Under the pieces are notes generated by a model. The model saw only the letters and a program-made list of their open reading frames with translations. It searched no databases and was not told the DNA's origin. From Macrostomum lignano (lineage: Eukaryota), in the NCBI GenBank assembly GCA_002269645.1, contig NIVC01000201.1, positions 434,001 through 498,000 of the forward strand: DNA of 64,000 nt, given 5' to 3'. Positions 36,101-48,100 of the stretch are shown piece by piece (the stretch's first letter is position 1; each line of letters opens with the position of its first letter). Both the position numbers and the translations under genes were made by a program.

Positions 36101-39100
36101 TCGATACTGCACCGCTTTCCTGGTCTGCTCGCAGCTCGAGCTCTTTGGCTTCGGGCTTCAGCTGCTCTTGTCGCTCTTCTGACGGACGCGACTCGGCGGC
36201 TTGCGCGTCTGTTGGAGCCATCTCGTCCCTGACCTCAGCCTGCTTAACAGCCTCTTCAGGCTTTGGTGCTTCTCGGCTCTCCTGATCTGCTTGCAGCTCG
36301 AGCTCTTTGGCTTCGGGCTTCAGCTGCTCTTGTTGCTCTTCTGACGGATGCGACCCGGCGGCCTCCGCCTCTGTTGGAGCCACATCATCCTTGACCTCAG
36401 CCTGCTTAGCAGCCTCTTCTGGCTTCAGTACTGCACCGCTTTCCTGGTCTGCGCGCAGCTCGAGCTCTTTGGCTTCGGGCTTCAGTTGCTCTTGTCGCTC
36501 TTCTGACGGATGCGACCCGGCGGCCTCCGCCTCTGTTGGAGCCACATCATCCTTGACCTCAGCCTGCTTAGCAGCCTCTTCTGGCTTCAGTACTGCACCG
36601 CTTTCCTGGTCTGCGCGCAGCTCGAGCTCTTTGGCTTCGGGCTTCAGTTGCTCTTGTCGCTCTTCTGACGGGCGCAACTCGGCGGCTTGCGCGTCTGTTG
36701 GAGCCACCTCATCCTTGTCCTCAGTCCTTTCGGCAGCCTCTTCAGGCTTCAGAGCTTCTCGACTCTCCCGATCTGCACGCAGCTCGAGCTCTTTGGCTTC
36801 AGGCTTCAGCTGCTCTTGTCGCTCTTCTGACGGACGCGACTCGGCGGCTTGCGCGTCTGTTGGAGCCACCTCGTCCCTGACCCCAGCCTGCTTAACAGCC
36901 TCTTCAGGCTTTGGTGCTTCTCGGCTCTCCTGATCTGCTTGCAGCTCGAGCTCTTTGGCTTCGGGCTTCAGCTGCTCTTGTTGCTCTTCTGACGGATGCG
37001 ACCCGGCGGCCTCCGCCTCTGTTGGAGCCACATCATCCTTGACCTCAGCCTGCTTAGCAGCCTCTTCTGGCTTCGGTACTGCACCGCTTTCCTGGTCTGC
37101 GCGCAGCTTGAGCTCTTTGGCTTCGGGCTTAAGCTGCTCTTTTTGCTCCTCTGACAGACGTGATTCGGCGGCCGGTTCCTGTTTTGCAGTTAATCTCTCA
37201 GTCTTTGTGTTCTCTGGTACTGGTTGATTTGGTTCCTGCAATTGTACAGCCAATACGCGGGTTTCAGATTCGACAACCACTGTCGTTTCCGAACCCTGAG
37301 GGCCTGCGCTGAGTTTCTCTTTACTCTCAGTGGCGGTATCGATTGTGACCTTCGACGGCACGGATGTCGTATCAGCATCCTCACTAAGCCTATGCTCTGC
37401 ATTTTCAATTTTAGGCTGTTCCCAATCGACTAATTCCGTTGGCTTTGAGGATTCAAAGCCTAATGCCTCAGAAGGCTGAGCAGCCTCTTCTAGCTTTGGC
37501 GCTGCAGCGATTTTCTGGTCCGCGCGCAGCTCAAGCTCTTTGGTTTCGCGCTTCAGCTCCTCTTGTCGCTCTTCTGACGGACGCGACTCGGCGGCTCCAC
37601 CTCTGTTAGAGACACCTCGTCCTTGACCTCAGCCTGCCTAGCAGCCCCTTCTGGCTTCGATACTGCACCGCTTTCCTGGTCTGCGCGCAGCTCGAGCTCT
37701 TTGGCTTCGGGCTTCAGCTGCTCTTGTCGCTCTTCTGACGGACGCGACTCGGCGGCTTGCGCGTCTGTTGGAGCCACCTCATCCTTAACTTCGTCCTTCA
37801 GCCTGCTTAACAGCCTCTTCAGGCTTTGGTGCTTCTCGACTCTCCCGATCTGCACGCAGCTCGAGCTCTTTGGCTTCGGGCTTCAGCTGCTCTTGTCGCT
37901 CTGCTGACGGACGCGACTCGGCGGCCTCCGCCTCTGTCGGAGCCACCTCGTACTTTACTTCAGCCTGCTTAGCAGCCCTTCTGGCTTCGATACTGCACCG
38001 CTTTCCTGATCTGCGCGCAGCTCGAGCTCTTTGGCTTCGGGCTTCAGCTGCTCTTGTCGCTCTTCTGACGGACGCGACTCGGCGGCTTGCGCGTCTGTTG
38101 GAGCCACCTCATCCTTGACCTCAGTCTTTTCGGCAGCCTCTTCAGGCTTCAGAGCTTCTCGACACTCCCGATCTGCACGCAGCTCGAGCTCTTTGTCTTC
38201 AGGCTTCAGCTGCTCTTGTCGCTCTTCTGACGGAAGCGACTCGGCGGCTTGCGCGTCTGTTGGAGCCACCTCGTCCCTGACCTCAGCCTGCTTAACAGCC
38301 TCTTCAGGCTTTGGTGCTTCTCGCTCTCCTGATCTGCTTGCAGCTCGAGCTCTTTGGCTTCGGGCTTCAGCTGCTCTTGTCGCTCTTCTGACGGATGCGA
38401 CCGGCGGCCTCCGCCTCTGTTGGAGCCACATCATCCTTGACCTCAGCCTGCTTAGCAGCCTCTTCTGGCTTCAGTACTGCACCGCTTTCCTGGTCTGCGC
38501 GCAGCTCGAGCTCTTTGGCTTCGGGCTTCAGCTGCTCTTGTCGCTCTTCTGACGGGCGCAACTCGGCGGCTTGCGCGTCTGTTGGAGCCACCTCATCCTT
38601 GTCCTCAGTCCTTTCGGCAGCCTCTTCAGGCTTCAGAGCTTCTCGACTCTCCCGATCTGCACGCAGCTCGAGCTCTTTGGCTTCAGGCTTCAGCTGCTCT
38701 TGTCGCTCTTCTGATGGGCGCGACTCGGCGGCCTCCGCCTCTGTTGGAGCCACCTCGTCCTTTACTTCAGCCTGCTTAGCAGCCCTTCTGGCTTCGATAC
38801 TGCACCGCTTTCCTGGTCTGCGCGCAGCTCGAGCTCTTTGGCTTCGGGCTTCAGCTGCTCTTGTCGCTCTTCTGACGGGCGTGACTCGGCGGCCTCCGCC
38901 TCTGTTGGAGCCACCTCATCCTTGACCTCAGCCTGCTTAGCAGCCCTTCTGGCTTCGATACTGCACCGCTTTCCTGGTCTGCTCGCAGCTCGAGCTCTTT
39001 GGCTTCGGGCTTCAGCTGCTCTTGTCGCTCTTCTGACGGACGCGACTCGGCGGCTTGCGCGTCTGTTGGAGCCATCTCGTCCCTGACCTCAGCCTGCTTA

Positions 39101-42100
39101 ACAGCCTCTTCAGGCTTTGGTGCTTCTCGCTCTCCTGATCTGCTTGCAGCTCGAGCTCTTTGGCTTCGGGCTTCAGCTGCTCTTGTTGCTCTTCTGACGG
39201 ATGCGACCGGCGGCCTCCGCCTCTGTTGGAGCCACATCATCCTTGACCTCAGCCTGCTTAGCAGCCTCTTCTGGCTTCAGTACTGTACCGCTTTCCTGGT
39301 CTGCGCGCAGCTCGAGCTCTTTGGCTTCGGGCTTCAGTTGCTCTTGTCGCTCTTCTGACGGGCGCAACTCGGCGGCTTGCGCGTCTGTTGGAGCCACCTC
39401 ATCCTTGTCCTCAGTCCTTTCGGAAGCCTCTTCAGGCTTCAGAGCTTCTCGACTCTCCCGATCTGCACGCAGCTCGAGCTCTTTGGCTTCAGGCTTCAGC
39501 TGCTCTTGTCGCTCTTCTGACGGACGCGACTCGGCGGCTTGCGCGTCTGTTGGAGCCACCTCGTCCCTGACCTCAGCCTGCTTAACAGCCTCTTCAGGCT
39601 TTGGTGCTTCTCGGCTCTCCTGATCTGCTTGCAGCTCGAGCTCTTTGGCTTCGGGCTTCAGCTGCTCTTGTCGCTCTTCTGACGGATGCGACCCGGCGGC
39701 CTCCGCCTCTGTTGGAGCCACATCATCCTTGACCTCAGCCTGCTTAGCAGCCTCTTCTGGCTTCGGTACTGCACCGCTTTCCTGGTCTGCGCGCAGCTTG
39801 AGCTCTTTGGCTTCGGGCTTCAGCTGCTCTTTTTGCTCCTCTGACAGACGTGATTCGGCGGCCGGTTCCTGTTTTGCAGTTAATCTCTCAGTCTTTGTGT
39901 TCTCTGGTACTGGTTGATTTGGTTCCTGCAATTGTACAGCCAATACGCGGGTTTCAGATTCGACAACCACTGTCGTTTCCGAACCCTGAGGGCCTGCGCT
40001 GAGTTTCTCTTTACTCTCAGTGGCGGTATCGATTGTGACCTTCGACGGCACGGATGTCGTATCAGCATCCTCACTAAGCCTATGCTCTGCATTTTCAATT
40101 TTAGGCTGTTCCCAATCGACTAATTCCGTTGGCTTTGAGGATTCAAAGCCTAATGCCTCAGAAGGCTGAGCAGCCTCTTCTAGCTTTGGCGCTGCAGCGA
40201 TTTTCTGGTCCGCGCGCAGCTCAAGCTCTTTGGTTTCGCGCTTCAGCTCCTCTTGTCGCTCTTCTGACGGACGCGACTCGGCGGCCTCCACCTCTGTTAG
40301 AGACACCTCGTCCTTGACCTCAGCCTGCCCAGCAGCCCCTTCTGGCTTCGATACTGCACCGCTTTCCTGGTCTGCGCGCAGCTCGAGCTCTTTGGCTTCG
40401 GGCTTCAGCTGCTCTTGTCGCTCTTCTGACGGGCGCAACTCGGCGGCTTGCGCGTCTGTTGGAGCCACCTCATCCTTAACTTCAGTCCTTTCGGAAGCCT
40501 CTTCAGGCTTCAGAGCTTCTCGACTCTCCCGATCTGCACGCAGCTCGAGCTCTTTGGCTTCGGGCTTCAGCTGCTCTTGTCGCTCTTCTGACGGGCGCGA
40601 CTCGGCGGCCTCCGCCTCTGTTGGAGCCACCTCGTCCTTTACTTCAGCCTGCTTAGCAGCCCCTTCTGGCTTCGATACTGCACCGCTTTCCTGGTCTGCG
40701 CGCAGCTCGAGCTCTTTGGCTTCGGGCTTCAGCTGCTCTTGTCGCTCTTCTGACGGACGCGACTCCGCGGCTTGCGCGTCTGTTGGAGCCACCTCATCCC
40801 TGACCTCAGCCTGCTTAACAGCCTCTTCAGGCTTCGGAGCTTCTCGGCTCTCCTTATCTGCACGCAGCTCGAGCTCTTTGGCTTCAGGCTTCAGCTGCTC
40901 TTGTCGCTCTTCTGACGGGCGCGACTCGGCGGCCTCCGCCTCTGTTGGAGACACCTCGTCCTTTACTTCAGCCTGCTTAGCAGCCCCTTCTGGCTTCGAT
41001 ACTGCACCGCTTTCCTGGTCTGCGCGCAGCTCGAGCTCTTTGGCTTCGGGCTTCAGCTGCTCTTGTCGCTCTTCTGACGGACGCGACTCCGCGGCTTGCG
41101 CGTCTGTTGGAGCCACCTCATCCCTGACCTCAGCCTGCTTAACAGCCTCTTCAGGCTTCGGAGCTTCTCGGCTCTCCTTATCTGCACGCAGCTCGAGCTC
41201 TTTGGCTTCCGGGTTCAGCTGCTCTTGTCGCTCTTCTGACGGGCGCGACTCGGCGGCCTCCGCCTCTGTTGGAGACACCTCGTGATGTTTTATTGGCTTC
41301 AATTGTACAGCTAAAACCAAAGTCTCTGAATAGGTCACAGTGGCTGGTTGATTGTCTTTATCGGTTTCTATATTATTTTTTTCAGAAGTACGAATGAGTG
41401 ACGGTGAGGAAAGGAATGATTTGGAGGTTGGCGTTGGTGGATTGGGAGCCTGGATTTGGTCAGTTCGCCGTGACGTACTTTTCTGAGAATACTGCTGGTC
41501 ACTGTAGTCAGAGATACTTTGTACTGGCTGTTTGAATGGAAGCAAATTGTTTGGTTTGAAAAATTAGGCAAAGGTGAGTCGTAATACAAGTAAGCACTAG
41601 TGTTACGCTTTTTAGTTAGCAGTTTTTTACAATAGTAAGTGGAACTCATTGTAATTGTTAAGAAGCTATTAACAGTTAAAGTTATTCTAGATTTTAGAAC
41701 ACACCAATGTTTTTTTACAAACCTGGGTGCTGAATCCAACGGGAAATTGACCTGGATCCAGTTTTTGACCGTGAAACTCGTGGCTTGCGTGACTCAAATG
41801 CTGGATAGCTAAACTACTGAGACTATTCTGTTCCATGGATGCGGCTGACATCCGCCTAACTGTTTGACTATATGCACGATCGTCAGTGTCTAAACTGCCG
41901 CCTTTCGTATCGGTGTCTTTGCTAATACTGACCCCGGCATCGCCATCTGAGGCCGATGGTGAAGTCTGATTGGAATTTCGATTGTCAAGCTTCTTGGCAC
42001 CACTGGAATCTGCAGCTGCTTCAGGAACTCCAGTTTTATCTGCAAAGTGGTATTTAGGCATTTTGTATTAGATACTGATAGTCACAGACCAATACTGAAA

Positions 42101-45100
42101 AAAAATAATTTTGCTTACCTTCATGGACACTTTGCATAGCGTCCAGTGTAGTATCTTTGTCACTTCGAAAAGAAAACTTCGGTTCATCCAACTCATCAAC
42201 TTCTCTGTTTTCACTGTCTTTGATGTTTGGTCGGCCAAATAACTCTGAATCATCTTTCTTATTGGAGTCTGTGATCTCGGTTGAACTAGCGATAGAAATT
42301 GAATCACCAGCATTTGATGATTCCTTATGTGCATCTTTCGTGGCTTGGGATGATTCATCTTGATCAAGTCTAGTTAAACCAGATTCAAGTACAAGTTGTT
42401 GCCTTTGTGAAGCTTCGGATTGCTCTTCGGATGTTTTAACAATGCCTGATTCTTCGCTCTTTCCGAAGTCTTCTGCAGCAGAGTCGCTAGAATTTGCAGC
42501 TGCCTTCTCGGCACTAAGCTGCTCAGAGTCTTGTTCTTCTCTAGAAATCTCTGGTTGTTCAACTGCATCAGAATCAACAACAGTGAAATCCTTATCTGCA
42601 TTTAATGTATAAAGCGTTGAATCTGATTCCTTTATCGATGTTAGGTCTTTGGGTAGCTCTGAAACGTCTTTTGGTGAATCTGAGCCTGCCTTAGAGTCGT
42701 TAGAACTCGGGGAAGCACCAGTTGGTCTTTCTAAATTCGAGGATTCAGTTGGGGAATCCTGAAGACTTGATCGATGTGACCGTTGATGTTGGTGTGCGTC
42801 GGCATCTGTATCTGGCTGCATTTGAGCAGTTTCTCGAACTTCATGGCTGGAAGTTTCCCCCTCTTCGACAAGCGCGTCAGTTGATAGCGATGTTGCTGCT
42901 TCGGATACCTGTTCAGCCTTGCCAGCATCGGTCTTCTGCTGTTGCGATAATGCGTCCAATTGGAAAGAATTGCGTGTTTGTAAGTCTGCTACCGTTTCTG
43001 AGCCTACTTTAGATTCTGTACCAGCTTTATCGCCAGACGCACTAATTCCTGCAATCTGGTTCTGACTGACTGAGAGTGATTGATTGGCACTAATCGCTGA
43101 AAGAAGATCCGAAGCATTTGTTGGCACTTCGCGATGCCCCGGCCCTTTAATTTGCGAAACATCCAGCTGCAACTTCAGAAAGCCTGATCGCAGAGCTTGA
43201 GAAAATGACATAGAAGGGAGGTGCAAGCTTTTATGCTCAATTAAATCACCAGATTCTCTGTCAACGACATTCCGTTCCAATGCGTCGAGTAGCGGCAGCT
43301 CAATGCGGGTTACTGGATCAACTAAACACGAGTTGTTCAAGTCAATCAGGCCCATGTCTAAGCAATCGCTAAACTTCAATTGTTGGCCTGATATTGTGTC
43401 GAAAAATAGTAGAACCGGTGAAAATCCTATGGCCTGAACTTCGGCAACTGCTTGCTCTCTGTAAGTCTGAGTTTTGTAATCCTCGGAAACGGCTACATTT
43501 TTCGAACTGTGCACTGTCTCTGCGATGCTGGAAGCCAGTTCGCTGCTACACTTAACACTATAAGTACCGCTATGAGCAGCATTAGAGTCAGACAAGCAAG
43601 CCACGCTTTCTGGGTCAGCGAATGTTTCAGAAGGCTGTGTAGGAATATAAAAAGCATTTCATACATGTGCATGATGCTTATTTTGAATGTTGCAAGCTTT
43701 ACGCTTGTCAGGTTACTATTAATAGTATTAAGTGGAACGGAAATAATAAGGCGGAAAAGTACTCATAGCAAATACCTGCTACTTCATTATGTGGTGAACT
43801 ATAAATATATAAATATATATAAATGACTAGAAATGTTAAGAAGCTACATATATTCACCTTAACCTGTTAAATTCTGGTAGTAGATTATCATTGCAGTAGC
43901 TATGTGCTAGATATTTTACGAAATGTGAGCATAAGTATAATTTGTTAATACCCAAAAGACAAAACATTGGAGAAACATATCGGACTAAATACGGGTTGCC
44001 AACCTTAAATCAATATCTTACCTTATCAGACTGAGGCGAACCGGGTGCGATACCGACTGCAAAGGCGTCGCCACTTCCAGAACGCTCGATATCTGCTGGG
44101 GGAGCGAAGAAAGTTTCAAGTGTAAAAACAATATCAAACAGCTTCAAAGTAGTAATAAAAATTAAAACGAATCCATTACCTTCAGATGCATCTCGCACAG
44201 TATCACCTTTGGAAACGAATTCATCGTACGTTGAAACACTTTCTGCCCTCATCGATTCTGTAACCTGAAGCTTCCCTCGAAGTAGCTCCGCTTCATCCTG
44301 GGTCAGCAGTCCTCGACGTACGGCTTCATCAATTGAGATCTGCTCGCCACTTCTCGGGTCTGTGACGGTTCCGGACTTTGTGTCTAACGATTTGCTCATC
44401 TCGTCGAACGGTGGTTTGGAGGCCTCCTTCAGCTTCAGAGCCTCTTCTTCTGACAACAGACCTCGTCGTGCTGCCTCGTCGATTGATAGCTGCTCGCCAG
44501 TTCTCGAGTCTGTTACCAAACCACTCTTCTTATCCAATGAGTTGCTCAAGTCTTCAAACGAAGGTTGTACCTTCAGTTTGAGTCTTTCGGCTTCATCACT
44601 ACTGAGTAATCCACGACGTACGGCTTCATCAATCGAGATCTGCTCGCCACTTCTCGGGTCTGTGACGGTTCCGGACTTTGTGTCTAACGATTTGCTCATC
44701 TCGTCGAACGGTGGTTTGGAGGCCTCCTTCAGCTTCAGAGCCTCTTCTTCTGACAACAGACCTCGTCGTGCTGCCTCATCGACTGATAGCTGCTCGCCAG
44801 TTCTCGAGTCTGTTACCAAACCACTCTTCTTATCCAATGAGTTGCTCAAGTCTTCAAACGAAGGTTGTACCTTCAGTTTGAGTCTTTCGGCTTCATCACT
44901 ACTGAGTAATCCACGACGTACGGCTTCATCAATTGAGATCTGCTCGCCACTTCTCGGGTCTGTGACGGTTCCGGACTTTGTGTCTAACGATTTGCTCATC
45001 TCGTCGAACGGTGGTTTGGAGGCCTCCTTCAGCTTCAGAGCCTCTTCTTCTGACAACAGACCTCGTCGTGCTGCCTCGTCGATTGATAGCTGCTCGCCAG

Positions 45101-48100
45101 TTCTCGAGTCTGTTACCAAACCACTCTTCTTATCCAATGAGTTGCTCAAGTCTTCAAACGAAGGTTGTACCTTCAGTTTGAGTCTTTCGGCTTCATCACT
45201 ACTGAGTAATCCACGACGCACGGCTTCATCAATCGAGATCTGCTCGCCACTTCTCGGGTCTGTGACGGTTCCGGACTTTGTGTCTAACGATTTGCTCATC
45301 TCGTCGAACGGTGGTTTGGAGGCCTCCTTCAGCTTCAGAGCCTCTTCTTCTGACAACAGACCTCGTCGTGCTGCCTCATCGACTGATAGCTGCTCGCCAG
45401 TTCTCGAGTCTGTTACCAAACCACTCTTCTTATCCAATGAGTTGCTCAAGTCTTCAAACGAAGGTTGTACCTTCAGTTTGAGTCTTTCGGCTTCATCACT
45501 ACTGAGTAATCCACGACGTACGGCTTCATCAATTGAGATCTGCTCGCCACTTCTCGGGTCTGTGACGGTTCCGGACTTTGTGTCTAACGATTTGCTCATC
45601 TCGTCGAACGGTGGTTTGGAGGCCTCCTTCAGCTTCAGAGCCTCTTCTTCTGACAACAGACCTCGTCGTGCTGCCTCATCGATTGATAGCTGCTCGCCAG
45701 TTCTCGAGTCTGTTACCAAACCACTCTTCTTATCCAATGAGTTGCTCAAGTCTTCAAACGAAGGTTGTACCTTCAGTTTGAGTCTTTCGGCTTCATCACT
45801 ACTGAGTAATCCACGACGTACGGCTTCATCAATCGAGATCTGCTCGCCACTTCTCGGGTCTGTGACGGTTCCGGACTTTGTGTCTAACGATTTGCTCATC
45901 TCGTCGAATGGTGGTTTGGAGGCCTCCTTCAGCTTCAGAGCCTCTTCTTCTGACAACAGACCTCGTCGTGCTGCCTCGTCGATTGATAGCTGCTCGCCAG
46001 TTCTCGAGTCTGTTACCAAACCACTCTTCTTATCCAATGAGTTGCTCAAGTCTTCAAACGAAGGTTGTACCTTCAGTTTGAGTCTTTCGGCTTCATCACT
46101 ACTGAGTAATCCACGACGTACGGCTTCATCAATCGAGATCTGCTCGCCACTTCTCGGGTCTGTGACGGTTCCGGACTTTGTGTCTAACGATTTGCTCATC
46201 TCGTCGAACGGTGGTTTGGAGGCCTCCTTCAGCTTCAGAGCCTCTTCTTCTGACAACAGACCTCGTCGTGCTGCCTCATCGATTGATAGCTGCTCGCCAG
46301 TTCTCGAGTCTGTTACCAAACCACTCTTCTTATCCAATGAGTTGCTCAAGTCTTCAAACGAAGGTTGTACCTTCAGTTTAAGTCTTTCGGCTTCATCACT
46401 ACTGAGTAATCCACGACGTACGGCTTCATCAATCGAGATCTGCTCGCCACTTCTCGGGTCTGTGACGGTTCCGGACTTTGTGTCTAACGATTTGCTCATC
46501 TCGTCGAACGGTGGTTTGGAGGCCTCCTTCAGCTTCAGAGCCTCTTCTTCTGACAACAGACCTCGTCGAGCTGCCTCGTCAATCGACAGCTGCTTGCCAG
46601 TTCTCGAGTCTGTTACCAAACCACTTTTCTTATCCAATGAGTTGCTCAAGTCTTCAAACGAAGGTTCTACCTCCATTTTGAGTCTTTCGGCTTCATCACT
46701 ACTGAGTAATCCACGACGTACGGCTTCATCAATCGAAATCTGCTCGCCACTTCTCGGGTCTGTGACGGCTCCGGACTTTGGGTCTAACGATTTGCTCATC
46801 TCGTCGAACGGTGGTTTGGAGGCCTCCTTCAGCTTCAGCGCCTCTTCTTCTGACAACAGACCTCGTCGTGCTGCCTCATCAATCGAAATTTGCTCACTAG
46901 TTTTTGGGTCCATCAATAAACCAGTCCTCTTGTTTAATGATTCTTTCAGGTATTTTAGAGTGTCTTTTGCGCTTGTTTCTGATTGTGAAATAATTTGACT
47001 AGACTCTGTGATGGTAGTATTTTCTGCACTTAGTGATGATTGATGATAATCAATCGAAGTCCTCTCATCACGAGTCTCTGACTGCGAAAACTCTACTGAG
47101 CTGCTGTTAGTGTAGTGTTGAGAGTTCTCTCGTCGAGAGTTCTCAACACTAGTATTTTCGTATAATTGCACGGAAGCATCAGTTTGTGTCTGATTTTCAT
47201 TTGAGACTTGTGATTCATTGATATCAGTGTCATTTTGCATATGCTTATCTTGAAAGTGAAGCTCTGATATGGCCTCACTCCCTGTAGCGATTCGATCATC
47301 GATTTCCCATGTGGCGTACCGCTCCTCTTCTAATTCTATGTCCAACGCATCAATTGTCTCTTCTGGTGGCGTCGGTTCTGTCTGCTCCGTTACTTCTTTG
47401 AAGAAAACACCAGTTTCGATTAATTCTGACCGGTGCGTACTAGCAAACGAAATAGTAGTCTCTTTCGTCTGCTCCTGAGCTACGCTACTAGCTTCTGTCG
47501 TCGTTGCTTCGGAAAGTAAGACTTCCTCAGAGGCAATTCGTTTAGCATTCAGCCGATCAGTAATATCCAGAGCATCTGAATTGCTTGCAGCACTTTCTAT
47601 GTCCACTTCTTCCACCTTGAAGTCTGTATTCTCTTGGGCTTGCATAGTTACCTTAGAAACAGTTTTAGTGGTGACATCTAGGGAACTAACTGTAACGTCT
47701 TCAAAGCTTTCCTTGACACTTTGTTCCATCTTCTTTGCTTCAGAAGAGCTAATAATCTCGGTAGTGATTACAACTTCATCAGGCTTTGGCTTCATCTTGT
47801 CTTTGAGTTTCTTTGACTCGGAAGGAGACAGAAGTCTCTTTGCTAATGCCTCATCGATTGTCAGCTCTTCACCAGTTCTAGGATCAGTGACAGTGCCACT
47901 CGCTGGGTCAAGCGAATTCGCAACATCTTCGAACTTCGGCTTTACTTGACTTCGCAGATTCTTCGCTTCTGCTGGAGTCAGTACTTTGTTTGCAATCGCA
48001 TCGTCAATGGTCATCTCCTCCCCGGTCCTGGGGTCAAAGACCGTGCCAGCTATCGGATCTAGCGAATTCGCCACGTCCTCGAACTTCGGTTTGACCTTCT

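Noticed and set aside
13400-39300. Pseudogene call, or programmed frameshifting, based on the indels
   Set aside because: Indels are patchy, mostly single-base losses in short runs, with no in-frame nonsense substitutions seen and no consistent slippery site; assembly error is simpler.
10155-41285. Many plus-strand ORFs (SSSLASGFSCSCRSSDGRDSAA..., MRVCWSHLILDL...)
   Set aside because: Antisense shadows of the minus-strand repeat frame; they start and stop with the repeat phase and have no splice or start context.
9358-41527. Independent gene (bacterial surface adhesin, parasite antigen, mucin or flatworm adhesive protein)
   Set aside because: No signal peptide or own start; it is bounded by phase-compatible splice sites within a cytoplasmic spectraplakin, and it lacks the S/T- or K/R-dominated composition of mucins or glue proteins.
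41368-41739. 123-aa minus-strand ORF overlapping intron 41528-41722
   Set aside because: AT-rich intronic sequence in a frame incompatible with the exon chain, with no recognisable motif.
44362-46998. 878-aa plus-strand Ser-rich ORF and eight 67-aa ORFs
   Set aside because: Antisense or alternate-frame products of the 300-bp coding array.
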